Below, piece by piece: positions 36,801 through 50,200 of a DNA stretch of 64,000 nt. Made by a program: the position numbers and the translations under genes. The first letter of the stretch is position 1. The number at the start of each line of letters is the position of its first letter. Under the pieces are notes generated by a model. It made no database searches. It worked only from the letters and a program-made list of their open reading frames with translations, and was not told the origin of the DNA. This DNA is from Octopus sinensis. Taxonomy: Eukaryota. The stretch lies in assembly GCF_006345805.1 (NCBI RefSeq), contig NC_043018.1:4526001-4590000 (forward strand), read 5' to 3'.

Positions 36801-37980
36801 TCGATCAAGGAGATAACAGAAGCCATTGGAAGAAGTCTGTTTCAAACAGGCTGGTTTCATCCACATTACTCCACCGGCTGGTTTCTCTGGTGTATAAACT
36901 CTTCCCTGGATGGGACACCAGTCTGTCCCATGGTTGCTCATTTTTACCAGCTGAGTGGACTGGAGCCGCGCGAAATGAAATGTTTTACTCAAGAACCCAA
37001 CACATAGCTCAGTCCAGGAATCAAAGCCACAGTCTTATGATCCTGAGTCCAAAGCAGAAAGCACCAAATCATGTGCCTCCACATTTCATACATGGACTGA
37101 ATTAGTTACTGCCTCTGTGTACCTACAGCACGTAAAGTCTCTGTTGGCAAACATAGTTTGCACTTGGTGCACTGTATAAAATTCCTACCTACTCCTTTTC
37201 TACAGATTAAGCAAAGCCATTTCCCTGATGGAAGCAGTGTCCCTTCTCCTTGACTACTTTCTAACATTTTAGTCTTTGCTAAATTCAATCAGAGGACCCT
37301 TTATTTTAACTTTTGTTCTCATACCTGGAATTTCTATTCTAATTAGCTTCAGCTATAACAACCTGGTCATCAGCTTAAAGGTTGTCCTACAGGCATGTGT
37401 GTGTGTGAGTGTGTGTATGTATGTGTATACACGCACACACACATCATCATCATCATCAACATTAACATCATTTAATGTCTGTCTTCCATGCTAGCAGGGG
37501 TTGGACAGTTTGACAGGAGCTGGTCAGCCAGTGGACTGCACCAAGTTCCAGTGTCTGCTTTCGGATGGTTTTTACAAAGTGAACTGGGTGCTTTTTACAT
37601 GGCACTAGCACTGGCCATCCACTGTACAGAGTGGAATGGGTGCTGATAATTCATGGTGTACCTCCAAACCAGTACAAAATCACTCTTATATCCCTTGTAC
37701 TCATTTTCCAAGACAAATTTCAATCTCATTAGTGAAGTAATTCCAAATAAATAAATACATAAAAAAAAAACATGATCAATAAACTAAATAAAATATGTTT
37801 AAAAAATTATGTTGGTTGTAACTGCCTTCAGAAAAGCATCATCATCGCATAGCTTCATTCATGTTCTGTTCTGTATACACTGGTTTAGCATAAAACTATT
37901 GATATTTTGAGACATATCTCTGTAGCTTTATATTAAACAACACAAGTATATCTTTAAATTATTGCATTTCTCTTTTCCAG

Positions 37981-38042
37981 GTTTAACTATGACAGTTATT
38001 ATAGTCAGAAGTAAATTGAAATCAAAACCAAAAAGTGAATAA
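37981..38042 (+). CDS. DPM2: DPM2 exon 4 (terminal)
   Basis: TTTTCCAG| acceptor in phase 1; (G)LTMTVIIVRSKLKSKPKSE*, a basic C-terminal tail as in DPM2; total protein 85 aa. Confidence 0.88.
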
Positions 38043-38999
38043 ATTTTATTTTTTATATTTTTATGGAGTTGTTTTGAGTGTTTTTTTTCCTTTCTAAGTT
38101 ATTCTAACCTTTTCATGTTTTAAAATATCTTTCATACTGGGTAGTCTCCCTTACTCTCTTTAAGTTTTTCTCTTTTTAAGGTAACAGAGAATCTATTTGG
38201 ATCAATTAGTCAGATGAGGTGGGAGAGAGCTGTGCCTGAGAACTCGATGAACTTTTCAGGCCCTCCCAATATTGTTGTGGATGATGCTCAGCTTCTACTA
38301 AACACGTGGTTCTGCCTCTCGTTCTGTCATACAAAATTTCTGTTTTAAAGTCATCTAAAAACTTCCCATCAAACTTTCATGTTAATTTGTGTTCCAAACA
38401 CCAACTTAATGACAAAATAGTTTTTCTAAATTCTTCATTACTTTCGAAATTAGTTGAAGCAAAAGCAATGAAAATTTAGTAACAAAAAGATTAGACATCT
38501 TAATTTCTATTGATAGAAAGGTTTGAGTAAAGTAATTAATGTGAAATCATTTAGAATAGGGGTTCTCAACTATTGTTTTACTTGTGGATCCCTTTGATTC
38601 CTATTTTATTCATGTGGACCCCATAACCAGTCAATGTTTAAAAAATATCATTAGGAATTATATTTTTAAAAATTGTAAAAATATTTTGTGTATTGCAGAC
38701 ATATAACCAATTTAATGTAGATAATCTTTAACACCTAACTAAATTCTATGGAAAATAAATAACAATAATGAAATTATTGCATACAGTGCTCAGGTCTCCT
38801 ATCTTCACAAATCCTCTTCATTCAAGACCCACATGTCTCTATCATGCAGCATTACACTTCATGTGCAAGCATCATACAATTTCGCTTCCCTCTAAAGGAG
38901 AAGCCCTTCGTTGCTAACAAAGGTAATATCCTCCCTGAAAGTGTCTATAAAGTGTATACAATGTTCACAAGTAAAACGAGTCATAAATTTAGAAGGACA

Positions 39000-39560
39000 T
39001 ATTTAATAGAAGAACCTTGCAGTTGATGCTGCTCTGCTAGTTTTGCAATATTTGGCTCCACCATTATCAGTGATAATCAAAGATCACTTCTTTCTCCAAT
39101 TACAAGCTTTTGACAATAACTTAGTGACATGGCTGAGGCCAGATTCAACAAGATAAGATTAAAGCAAAAGCAGGAAAGTACAATTCTGCTTTCTCCCAGA
39201 GTCGTGGATGCCTTGTTGCAGTGTCATTACTTTTCCATACATTATTATGTTCCCCGTCTTCAAATCTTTCCTGAAACATTTCCTCACTCTGCATTTCAAT
39301 AAAATCCTTCTGCAAACAGATACCTGCATCAGCAACATTAACTTCAAAAGGGTCCCCCAACACAGTATATTTAACTTCAGCAGGTCGCTAAACCAAGCTT
39401 CCCAAATGTTCATCTTGCAGATTACTGCTATTTTAATCCAAATTAGAAAATTACAATCTGACATACAACATTCATTTTCCACAGCTGTATTTTCCCTAGA
39501 AAAGCAGAAATAGTTCCTTTGGAAAATATGAGATCAGATTTTTGTCCTTGAAGCTGTTTA
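39000..39560 (-). mobile_element. hAT (Charlie/ZBED8-like) transposase C-terminal relic
   Basis: DPFEVNVADAGICLQKDFIEMQSEEMFQERF..VWK..HPRLWEKAELYFPAF then VESGLS after a frameshift; Charlie-like terminus AGGGGTTCTCAAC at about 38558. Confidence 0.55.
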
Positions 39561-41018
39561 TTAAATTAATTTTCTCAAATATATTTGATAAATAAAACAT
39601 AACACAGCTGTTGGTTGAGATTGTTGTTTGCTAGAAATGAGACAATAGCGTCCCAAAGTGCAACAAAACAACACAGACATCTTTTGATAACCATCTCACT
39701 TTTGTGTCAATTACAAGGTATTTAAACTTTTCTTCATTTTCATTACAGAATTCATGAAAGAATTTGATTTAATATCGTTAAGAACTTTTATTACATCATG
39801 CAGACGTCTGCTTAATTGTTTTGAAACTTAAGTGTTGCGGGTGTATCATGCAGCATATGCAAAATATTTCAGGAACAGTATTTTTTTAAAATGCAATAAA
39901 ACCTTTGTATCTGCCAATCATGGGTGGAGCACTGTCAATTAGCACAAGCTATTATATTTTTGAGGGGAATTTCATTTTCTTCCAAATAAGTTTCAACTTC
40001 TCTGCAAGTTGTTTCATCTTTGGTGTCTGTTGAAGATGTCTGACAATAAGCATTTCCTCTCTGAATCCATTACCATCCAAGAATCGAACGTACGCCAATG
40101 AAATAGCTTTACTATCTCTCAGTTTAGGGTCATCAGGTTGAAGAGGAAATTTCTTTACAATTTGGCTACAAGTTGCTTTTCTACATCTTTGGTTATTTCA
40201 CGACTCTGATGAGTTACTTAAAGGAATCTTACAAGTAATTTCGTTGATGAAATTCCGTCAGATACTGCTGGGAAATTAGTTTCCCCAATATTATGGGGTC
40301 TCAGCTTTTGCTATCATTTTAGAAATTTCATATGATGCCAGTAAACACCTGCTAATCATCATCATCATCATCGTTTAACGTCCGCTTTCCATGCTGGCAT
40401 GAGTTGGACAGTTTGACTGAAGACTGGTGAGCTTTGCCCTTAAATCACATACAAAATTTTTTTTGCATGACCTTATGAATTCTCTGTGTAGAAGACAAAT
40501 TTGCAAAAGTTTTCTGAAAATTCTAGAAAAGTTACGAGGAGTTATATGGGGTGCGTAAACCAGAATTTCACCCCTGAAATGCTGACAGTAATATATATAG
40601 ATATAGGTGCTTTCCAACCACATGGTTCTGGGTTCAGTCTCACTGCATGACACCTTGGCCAAGTGTCTTCTACTCATGCTAACAAAAGCTTCTTGAGTGG
40701 ACTTAAAAGAGTCCATCATATATATGTGTGTGTGTGTTTGTATCCCACCACTGTTTGACAACTACTGTCAGTATGCCTATGTTCCCATAACTTAGCAGTT
40801 CAGTAAAAGCGACTGGTAGAATAAGTACCAAGCTTAATGAAAATTAAGTCCTGGGGTCAATTTGTTTGACCGAAAATTTTTCAAAGCAGTGCTCCAGCAT
40901 GGCTGTAGTCTAATGACTGAAACAAATAAAAGTTAAAGATACACATATACAGTTGCCATGCTTGATCGCTAAGTCCTCAAGTTTTTTCCATTCTCTCTCT
41001 GTTTATTTTCTTTTATTC

Positions 41019-41054
41019 CTTTCTGTTAAAGATCATAGGCTTGAAACATAAAAG
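41019..41054 (+). ncRNA. Decayed copy of the minimal hammerhead-like motif
   Basis: CTTT-CTGTTAA-A-GATC(atag)GCTT-GAAA-CA-TA-AAAG. Confidence 0.3.
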
Positions 41055-41361
41055 ACTTTCTCCCTTTCCCAATCGTCAGACTAATACACCTGTCTCCATC
41101 TTTTGTTTTTCTGTAAATTTTAACTATATATATATATACACACACACACATATATACACACGTACATACATACACACACGTGAACCATGTGATCCCAACA
41201 TAAAAGAAAAATACAAAATCCATTAACATTATAATTTTTGTTTCCATTTTCTGCTTTAATTTTACAAATTATTTTTAGACTAAAACTGTAAAACATGAAA
41301 AACAATAACAACAAAAATATGAGATTTGGATGATAAAAAAAACCCCCAGAAACAACAGCAT

Positions 41362-41480
41362 TCACGTAAATAATGAGAGGAGTTGGTCACAGAAGATGGT
41401 CGTTCGGTGCTTGTGTTTCACCTTGTTTATTTCACTGACTAACATGGCTGGCTTTAAATGACCTGCTTTTTTCAACACAT
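41362..41480 (-). CDS. DNAAF5: DNAAF5/HEATR2 terminal exon
   Basis: TTTTTCAG| acceptor; (N)VLKKAGHLKPAMLVSEINKVKHKHRTTIFCDQLLSLFT* versus human [35 protein letters not shown]. Confidence 0.9.
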
Positions 41481-41556
41481 CTGAAAAACAAAACAACAAC
41501 AACAAAAGTAATGTAAAATTATAGACAGCATTATTAAATGGTGTGTTTATGTGCAT

Positions 41557-41590
<34 letters not shown>

Positions 41591-42215
41591 TATATAAAGA
41601 TTAATGTAACCTATACAGTCATTTTTGTGATTATATTCTTATCTTATATGTGTGTATATATTTTAATTCCTCTGCCGAAAGGATACAAATCTCAGAAGAT
41701 GCTCAGATTATAAGTTCTGTCTTTTCAACCTCCTTCATCTATTTCTGCATAGATCATAAACCTCTGATTGGTTCCTTTCATTATTCTTTCTATTTCGTTA
41801 CCATGTCAACATGTAATTACAGTTTCATTAGTTCCGTCTTCCTCGTTGACTTAAGATAACCTTACTTCACGCATATCCTTAACTGCAATATTCATTCATT
41901 CAAGTTACTTATCTCTCTAATTTTGTCAGAGATTGGCTGACTGAAAGCTCTAAGATTTTTCAATTCTATTTTACTATTTATTATCAACATTTGCTGTTTC
42001 GTCAAATTATGCTACCTAAATCCCAAGTTAAACCCTGGCTGAGGGGCATAGGCCGATATAATAGTTGCTAAACTATGATGGAGCACTAATCTAATCTTCA
42101 GTATTCTGTCACATACTCTGACTACCTCGATTACCTTATCTACCCATTTTTCGGCAATAAGCATACCCACTCCCCCGACCCCTTCAGTATTCCCAGCCCA
42201 GAAAATCTTGTACCT

Positions 42216-42385
42216 CTATCCTTTACCTGTGAGGAACCTAGCAGAACCTTCTCTCCACCTCACCTCTTGAATACAGCATATATCTACACACCTCTGTTCA
42301 AGCAATTCAACGATCTCGCCAGATCTGCCTTTCAGTGTGCCAACCCTGAGGAAGTGGGAGGCAATCGACCTAGTAGCATCATGAA
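42216..42385 (-). mobile_element. RTE LINE endonuclease N-terminal relic
   Basis: VGTLKGRSGEIVELLEQRCVDICCIQEVRWREGSARFLTGKG. Confidence 0.75.
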
Positions 42386-43044
42386 ACTGAAAAGAAAACT
42401 CGCATTTGGCAGTATTCATAGACAAACAATAAGACTCAAGTCCAAACCGCGTACGTTACACCAAACATATCTTGCAATGAATGACCACTACCTTTTATGG
42501 AAGGAGGAGCAGATGGCATAAGACTTTGAAGTGGGCATAGGAGACAACAGGGATGCGAAGTGTACATGGGAGACAACAAGGATGAGAAAATTTAGGACTT
42601 CCTGTATCTGTGGAGGGGGTGGGAGGGCGGGCACACTCCGCGTGAAAAATTATCCAGCCATGTGACCTGTAAGATTATAAACAAAGCAACAAACTAGGGG
42701 TCAACAAATTGCATGGAAATATGACTGGTGAGAAGAATAGGGGCTGAATTGAGTTAAAAAGGTTTCTTATCTTGAAATCATTTCATTTTCGAACTGAAAA
42801 CTTGCCAGAGGAATTCGAAATCGGGAATGAGACCGTATATTTGAGGGGCTAGCTTTTAAAGGCCTAACGATGGAAAGAGATAGGAAGGAAATAGGAAGAC
42901 AGATAATGTAGAAGAGAAAGACAGACAATGTAAAGGGGGAGAGAAGATTAACTCTATATATATAGTTAATCCAAACAAAACAACACAACAACGCGAGGAC
43001 GTGGAACAAATAAAGTATTATTGGACGCTCAGGAAAGAAGGAGG

Positions 43045-43079
43045 GTTTAACGTTTCGAGCGGAGCTCTTCGTCGGAAAC
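43045..43079 (-). ncRNA. Minimal hammerhead-like motif (U4C core variant)
   Basis: GTTT-CCGACGA-A-GAGC(tcc)GCTC-GAAA-CG-TT-AAAC. Helix I is GTTT/AAAC, and ACGT forms a loopless palindromic helix III. Confidence 0.55.
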
Positions 43080-44474
43080 ATAGGAGAAGGGAAGACAGAG
43101 GAAAAAAAAATCGGCAGTGGTACTCACGAGGTCACATATTGAAAGACCGGAAGTAGAAAGGTGGAAGAATAATGTTTTTTAAAGACAGGAGAGCTTTCAA
43201 AGACAAGGAAAGTGAGGGGGGGGATGTGTGTGGATGTGTGCGTGCGCGGAGGTCTGTGGGTGCGCGTGTGTGTGTATGTGTACAATATATACACACACAC
43301 ACACATACATATATATACATAGATATACTTAAGCACCATTTGAGCATGGCCAATGCCAGTACCACCTGACTGGCCCTCGTACTGGTGACACGTAAAAGCA
43401 CCCAATACACTCTCAGAGTGGTTGGCATTAGGAAGGGCATCCAGCCATAGAAACTTTGCCAGATCAGGTTGGAGCCTGGTGCAGCCATCTGGCTCGCCAG
43501 TCTTCAGTCAAACCATCCAACCCATACCAGCATGGAAAGCGGACATTAAACGATGACGCCAAGGATGACGATGATATATATATATATCATCATCATCATT
43601 ATTGTTAATGTCCGTTTTCCCTGTTGGCATGGGTTGAACATATATGTGTGTGTGTGTGTGAGCCTTTGTGTCTTTGTCTCCCAGTACCACTTAAAACTGG
43701 TGTTGGTATATTTATGTCTTCATAACTTAGTGGTTTGGCAAAAGAGACTGATAGAATAAGTACCAGACTTAACAAAATATAAGTACTGGGGTTGATTCAT
43801 TCAACCAAAAAATTTTCAAGGCAGTGCTGCTCCAGCAAGGCCACAGTCTAAAGATTGAAACAAGTACAAAAGACAGAAGATCGTTAATGACAAGAATGCA
43901 GCAAAGAAAATGGCCTTCGAGACTTGTGAGGGAAGAGAGAAAGTTACTGCCAAAGCAAAAGCCTTCACATGAAAGTCACCCTCAACAGAGTCCTGTGTCA
44001 AAGACTACCAAGGGCCCAAGGACCAGGTGGGGGTGCTAAACCATGCAACAGAGAAAGTGTAGGGTATCACAGAACTTGATAGTTTAACAATTCTGCCAAT
44101 TCACTGCCAACCTCGAGGAGCTGGTATTTTATGGCACAGACCCAGGAAAGGATGAAAAGTTGGTGTGCAGAGAACCGGAACAAGTGTCACAAGGCATCTT
44201 GTACCACAGGGTGTAATAACTCTGCCATTTCATCAACTGGCTTGAAATGGACACTGAAAAGACATTTTTATTTGTGCTTCCCTCCTGTACTACCTTAATT
44301 ATAAGTCTTACCTCTGCCCTCTCCCTTCTGCATCACTTTAACTAAAAGCTTATCCCTACCTTTTCCCTTCTCTGTTGCTTTAAATAAAGGCTTACCTCCA
44401 TCTTCCACACATGGGAATACTTCCCACCATGGACTTTTGACCTTCTTACAAAACTCATGACAGAATAAACTTAC

Positions 44475-44829
44475 TTAATATGGCGTCCTGTATAGATTTC
44501 TCTGAGTCGTCAAGATGCAGTAGCAGGCCTTGGTACATCACTTCCAAATGGGCTTTATAGAAATCCGTGTCGTAGTCATCAGAGAAGGCATCAAAGTAAG
44601 CCAGGAAGGTTGTGGCCACAACAACCCGAATGTCGTCAGAGGCATCATCCAGACGCTTGAGAAGATGAGGGTAGATCTTGTGCAACGTGTCGTAGTCGAT
44701 CTGCTGACAGGCAGCCATGGTCTCCAACAGCCGTGTCAGCACTCGACAACTGATCAAACGGGTGCTTCTGTTATCGTCCTCCATTGAAGACAGAATCTGG
44801 GGTAACAGCTCCGAGGACACCGATATCAG
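44475..44829 (-). CDS. DNAAF5: DNAAF5 exon (HEAT repeats)
   Basis: TTTCCAG|...|GTAAGT; LISVSSELLPQILSSMEDD..IYPHLLKRLDDASDDIR..GLLLHLDDSEKSIQDAIL; 355 nt, phase 0 to 1. Confidence 0.93.
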
Positions 44830-45735
44830 CTGGAAACAAAGAACAGGTTGAAGATTTCATGAGATTCTTATTCTTCTACATATGTTGTTGTTTAACCCTA
44901 AACCAACCCTGATTGTGCAAAACTGTAGTCAAAGACAACCTTACCATGACCATCTAAACATCTTTTATTGTAGCCTTGTTAATCAATGCCTTGCAAGTGG
45001 AATTTAGAGGCAAGAAGCAGGCATGTTACTCTGTGCAGTTTAGCATAACTTCTTGGCCCATGGATGTCTTTAACAGATTTCACTCAGTCACAATCATTCA
45101 AACCAGATCACCAAAAGGTTAATGCCACTTCACAGAACACCAACAGCATCTACACTTCCCCAGTAGCCAAAACCTAAAACTAAACCCACTGGACAATCCT
45201 TCTGCCTCTCTAATATCTATGGACCCCAATCCAATGTGGAACCCCAACACATCAGCTCTTAAGCCTTATCTAAATCTGTCTAATCCGTTCAGACAACTAC
45301 ACTCAGTAAGGTGGTCTCTACACACATGTAGGTTCCACTCTCTCCTGCCAGTCACATCTCCCACCTGGATACGAAGACCAGACGAGCAGTCATGGCTGCT
45401 CAATCTTCCTACCCCTTCCCCCCCACCACCACTCCTTCAAATACAGCTGCTCCCTTTATGATCCCTAAACTCGTTCATCTACTACCATCACTTCAAACCA
45501 GAATACCTCTTTCTGTACCCTAACCCTCTCTTGCCCTACCCTCAGCAATTTCAGTGCCTGGAACCCTTCATGGCTTTCATTCTCATCCCATTTGACAGAT
45601 GCAGAAAATGAATCTTTTGTAACCCTCGTCAGCACTGACCCCTGGGACTAAACAACAACAACACAAAAATAAATTAAAGCATTCAGTGATGAGAGAGAGA
45701 GAGTAGGCGGGGGTGTTCCAAGAAATCTGAATTAC

Positions 45736-46034
45736 CTCTTCATTGGATACAGCTTTGCTCTGCAGCAGGGCCCAGACTGCAGAGGTGGCAGAAGTCCTAA
45801 TAGCTGCCGCAATCCTCCCTGCTTTCCAGATAAGGTTTGGTACAATCATCTTCTGAACCATCTGAAGTGCATTACTACTGAATGGGTGAGGCACCTCTGT
45901 ACTTGGTTTATGCTCAATGATCGCACAAGACAATAGGGTCATCATCTTCAGTCGAAACTCTGGGTTTTTCTCAACATCTAAACACTCACTTAGAATTTCA
46001 GTTATTTCGTCTGTCAATAATGGCAATGCAGATT
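45736..46034 (-). CDS. DNAAF5: DNAAF5 exon
   Basis: CTTACAG|...|GTAATT; ..EKNPEFRLKMMTLLS..IVPNLIWKAGRIAAAIRTSA..; 299 nt, phase 1 to 0. Confidence 0.93.
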
Positions 46035-48138
46035 CTGTAAGAGAAACTTTCTTTTATTAGAACATTTGTAGCATTTTGCCCTTTTCTCTGTTTCCATAAA
46101 TACATAATCTATTTCTACACATATCTATATCTTTGTATCTATGATTTTGATGTGGCATAGGTGCAGGCAAGCCTATGTGGTAAGAAGCTTGCTTCCTAAC
46201 AACATGGTTCCAGGTTCAGTCCCACTGCATGGTACCTTAGATAAGTGTCTTCCACTATAGCCTCAAGCCAACCAAAGCCTTGGTAGTAGATTTAGAAGAT
46301 GGAAACTGAAAGAAGCCTGTCATATATGTGTGTGTGTGTGTGTTTGTCCCTCACCACAGCTTGACAACTGGTGTTGGTGTGTTTACATCTCTGTAACTTA
46401 GCAGTTCAGCAAAATAGACCGGGCTTTAAAAAAACGTAAGTCCCGGGTTCAATTCATTCGACTGAAAATTCTTCAAAAGTAGTTTCATAAGGGAAATAAT
46501 GCATGAAGCTGTGCTGCTGCTGCTGCTACACCAACAACAACAAACTTCCATTCTCCATGCTTGAATGGGTTGGATGGTTTGACAGGACCTGGTCAGCCAG
46601 ACAGCTGCCCTAGGCCCCAGTCGTCTGTTTTGGCATGGTTTCTACAGCTGGAGACCTTTCCTAACACCAACCACTTTTACAGAGTTTACTGGGTGCTTTG
46701 CATGATGCTGGCATGAGTGGTTTTTACACGGTACCGACATGGGTGCGTTTTATGTGGTACGGCAGAGGTGCATCTAAGATGGTACTGGTGTAGGTGCATT
46801 TTACATGACATCAGCATGCACAGTATAATGAAATAATGAATGTAAACAAAAATGCATCATTAATTTAAACTATGTTACAGGAGAAGCATATTTCAACTTT
46901 AAAAGTACCCACTACACTCTCGGAGTGGTTGGCGTTAGGAAGGGCATCCAGCTGTAGAAACTCTGCCAGATCAGATTGGAGTCTGGTGCAGCCATCTGGT
47001 TTGCACGACCTCAGTCAAATCGTCTAACCCATGCCAGCATGGAAAGCGGATGTTAAACGATGGTGATCTTCTTTCAGTCAGCTGCGAGGTTGTTTATATT
47101 TTGGTAGTGAAGAGAATTGCCATACAAGATGTAAAACATGTATTTCTAGGACTGATGCTTTGTGCAACCTCAATCAGTCACTAGGGTGGTGCATCATTCA
47201 AATAGTTTTTGTTGTCATCCGTTTATTGCAAAAAGCTGAGATGCAGTTGAAAATTTATTAACATTTTGTCATCTTTTTAGGAGAATGTTTTTTTATTTAA
47301 ATACTTAAAAAATGTTTCTTAAAGGTAACACAGTCGTTAAGTAATGTACAACATATTTTAAATGTGGGTTATGTGTGGGAAGGAGGTATGAAGAGATGAG
47401 GCAACCTCCCCACATAACTGCAGAGATGCTGGAGTCAATTTTTCATAAGTCTGTACCAACAGTCTGTGACAATTTAATTTCGCTTGTTGACAATAGTTTT
47501 TTTTTTTTTGTTTAGTACCAATTACTGTCCCCTGCAGACTTACGTTCGTCAAGCTCCCTCATCTATGACACTTGGTCTTCCACTTGTAATACAGCTGCAT
47601 TAATAAATGCAGGCCAATTTTTGTATGCATCTAAAACTATATAAAGAGCATCTTATACATTTGTAAATACAGTAAATGTTTTCCTCTGATGTCCAATGCT
47701 TTTAATCAGACAACACACAAAAATTGCAGGTAAATTTTGTCGAAGACTGTAAAGAACCCTACCTTGCATTTAGCCAAAAAATCACTCATGCAGCACTGGT
47801 GGATTATAGACCATCTTATAGCAGCTAGTTGCAGCTAAATGGACTGCACTGTAGAAAGCTTACTGTATGGGCAACCCACAGCTTGCAACAATTCATGATT
47901 CACAAACCTCCAAGTTGGTGCCCCAACATCCTATCAACTCTGATAACCATTCTTTCTGAAGCATTCTATAGAATAATTGTTAACATAGTTGTTGCCCTGA
48001 TTTACATCCCATTAGAGTGGGGTCTGCTGTTCTTTTCTGCCAAAATTGGTATTTATAATGCCCTTGCTCTCTGCTTGATTCATGTTGATGAGGAAAATAT
48101 AACAAAAACAAAAGAAAAAGTAAAATAAAAGAACTTAC

Positions 48139-48313
48139 CATTAGCTTTCATTAAAAGAGTCTCAAAGATACTCCTTTCAAATGACTGACTTGTCCATTCT
48201 TTGTGTGTCTCTTTCAGTTTGACCAGTAGCAGTGGACTGTGTTCTTTAAAGAGTTGCTTTGAGGCACCAGGTAATTCTTGGACATCAGCTAACTCTTGGA
48301 GACAGTTCTGACA
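48139..48313 (-). CDS. DNAAF5: DNAAF5 exon
   Basis: TATTTAG|...|GTAAGT; CQNCLQELADVQ..LFKEHSPLLL..THKEWTSQSFERSIFETLLMKAN; 175 nt. Confidence 0.88.
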
Positions 48314-50050
48314 CTAAATAGTGACGAAATAAGAAACTGAAGTTTATTTCAAAAAGAACAGTCAACTTACAATCCTTTTAAATAATCAAATTGTTTCTTT
48401 TGTTTATTTCCTGTCACACAAAGTTCATCAAGGTGTGTTTTAATGAAGGCAGAAGTCGACTGAGCAGGATTTGAAAAGAAAAACAAAGGGGTGTAACCAA
48501 ACAACACCAGGTCTTATAACTGATGCTCTATCAATTCTGTCATCCATTCCTATCACTGACATTGTCATTGCTTTTGTGTCTACTTCTCTGCACTGGCGTG
48601 GGTTAGACTGGACTTTCTGAGGTAATGTTTTATGGCTGTGCCCCCAGCCAAATCTTTTAGTTGTCTCTCACAGCATGTAAGAACACACTGTACCAATTCT
48701 GAAAACTGGTATATATACACACACACACAGACATACACAGGTGTAGATGTCCACTTACTAACCAGATGGTTTCCAGTTCAATCCCACAGTGTAGCACCTT
48801 GAGCAAGTGTCTTCTGTTTTACTTCTATAGCCTAGCTATAGTCAGTGAATTTGACAGACAGAAAGAAGCCAGTTGTATATGTGGTGTGTGTGTGTGTGTG
48901 TGTATTTATAAAGCTGAAAACACTTTAGGAGTTACTCAATGGTCTCAAGTTCAATTCACAATACTTATTAAATACATAGACATAGCAACCACATGGTTTT
49001 GGGTTCAGTCCCACTGCAGAGCACTCTGGAATCAAATACCTTCCACTTATAGCCTTGAGCCAATCAAAGTCTTGTTAATGAATGTGATAGACAATAACTC
49101 ACACATATGTATATACATATACATGTAAATACCTATGTGTATGTGTGTTTGTGTTTGTTCCCCTACTCACTGCTTGACAACTGGTGCTGGTTTGTTTATG
49201 TCCCCATAAGCTAGCAGTTCCTGAAATGTGACTGATATGTTATAGCCTTTAAAAAAAATAGGCACTAAATTCGCTTTGTTCAACCAAACCCTTCAAGGTG
49301 GCACCCCAGCATGGCTGCAGTCCAATGACTGATACAAGTAAAGGATAAAAGCTATATAATAAACAAACAAGCATGCAAGAATGCATACATACATATATAT
49401 ACATGAGGAGATGACAAGGGACTCAGACTTGTGGCAATTTGCTGAAGACACATCAAGCTAAGTAAAACCATGGCCACCCATACATTTAGGCATGTCTTTT
49501 ATGGGCAAACACTCCACTCCCTTTCCCAACCATGAGGTCTCTTCTTGTAGGTACCAATGCCATGTAAAATGCACTCGTACCAAGTGCTACACGTAACGCA
49601 CTTGTGCTGGTTCCACTGGTGCTGTACAAGACACACACATGTTGGCGCCAAGCACAATGCACTCACGCCAATGGCCATGCAAGGTGCACTCAGGCCAGCA
49701 GCACAAAGAGAGAGCAGCCAACCATAGAATCAGTGCCAAAACAAACAAATAGGAGCTTGGACAGCTCTCCGGCTGACCAGCTTCTGTCAAACTACCCAAC
49801 TCATGCTAGCATGGAAAATGGACGTTAAACAATGATGATGATGATATGTCATCATTGTTTAATGTCCACTTTGCATGCTGGCATGGCTTGGATGGTTTGA
49901 CATGGAACTGGTCAGCCGGAGAGCTGCCCAGACACCAACTGTCTGTTGTAGCAGGGTATCTGGATGAACCACTTAACAGATATATATGTGTATATTTACA
50001 CACACATTTATATATATACCCATACATACATACAAAGAAGAATAACTTAC

Positions 50051-50200
50051 TTGTTCGGTAAGCTGACTGTTCTCAGTTGGATTCAAAGACAAGATAGTAA
50101 TAAGAACAGTAAACAACTGGAAGCTAACTGCTGAGCAATCTTCCTTGGCAACAGACAACACAGATTGGACACAGTGATACAATTCCACCAATACATTCAC
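50051..50200 (-). CDS. DNAAF5: DNAAF5 exon
   Basis: GTTTCAG|...|GTAAGT; VNVLVELYHCVQSVLSVAKEDCSAVSFQLFTVLITILSL..; 150 nt. Confidence 0.9.

Noticed and set aside
40204-40265. CTGATGA-GTTACTT...AAGTAAT followed later by GAAA..GTC
   Set aside because: About 9 extra nucleotides separate helix II from GAAA, and helix I pairs for only 2 bp; at best a heavily decayed relic.
44530-44787. 85-aa plus-strand ORF
   Set aside because: It is the antisense shadow of the DNAAF5 exon at 44475-44829.
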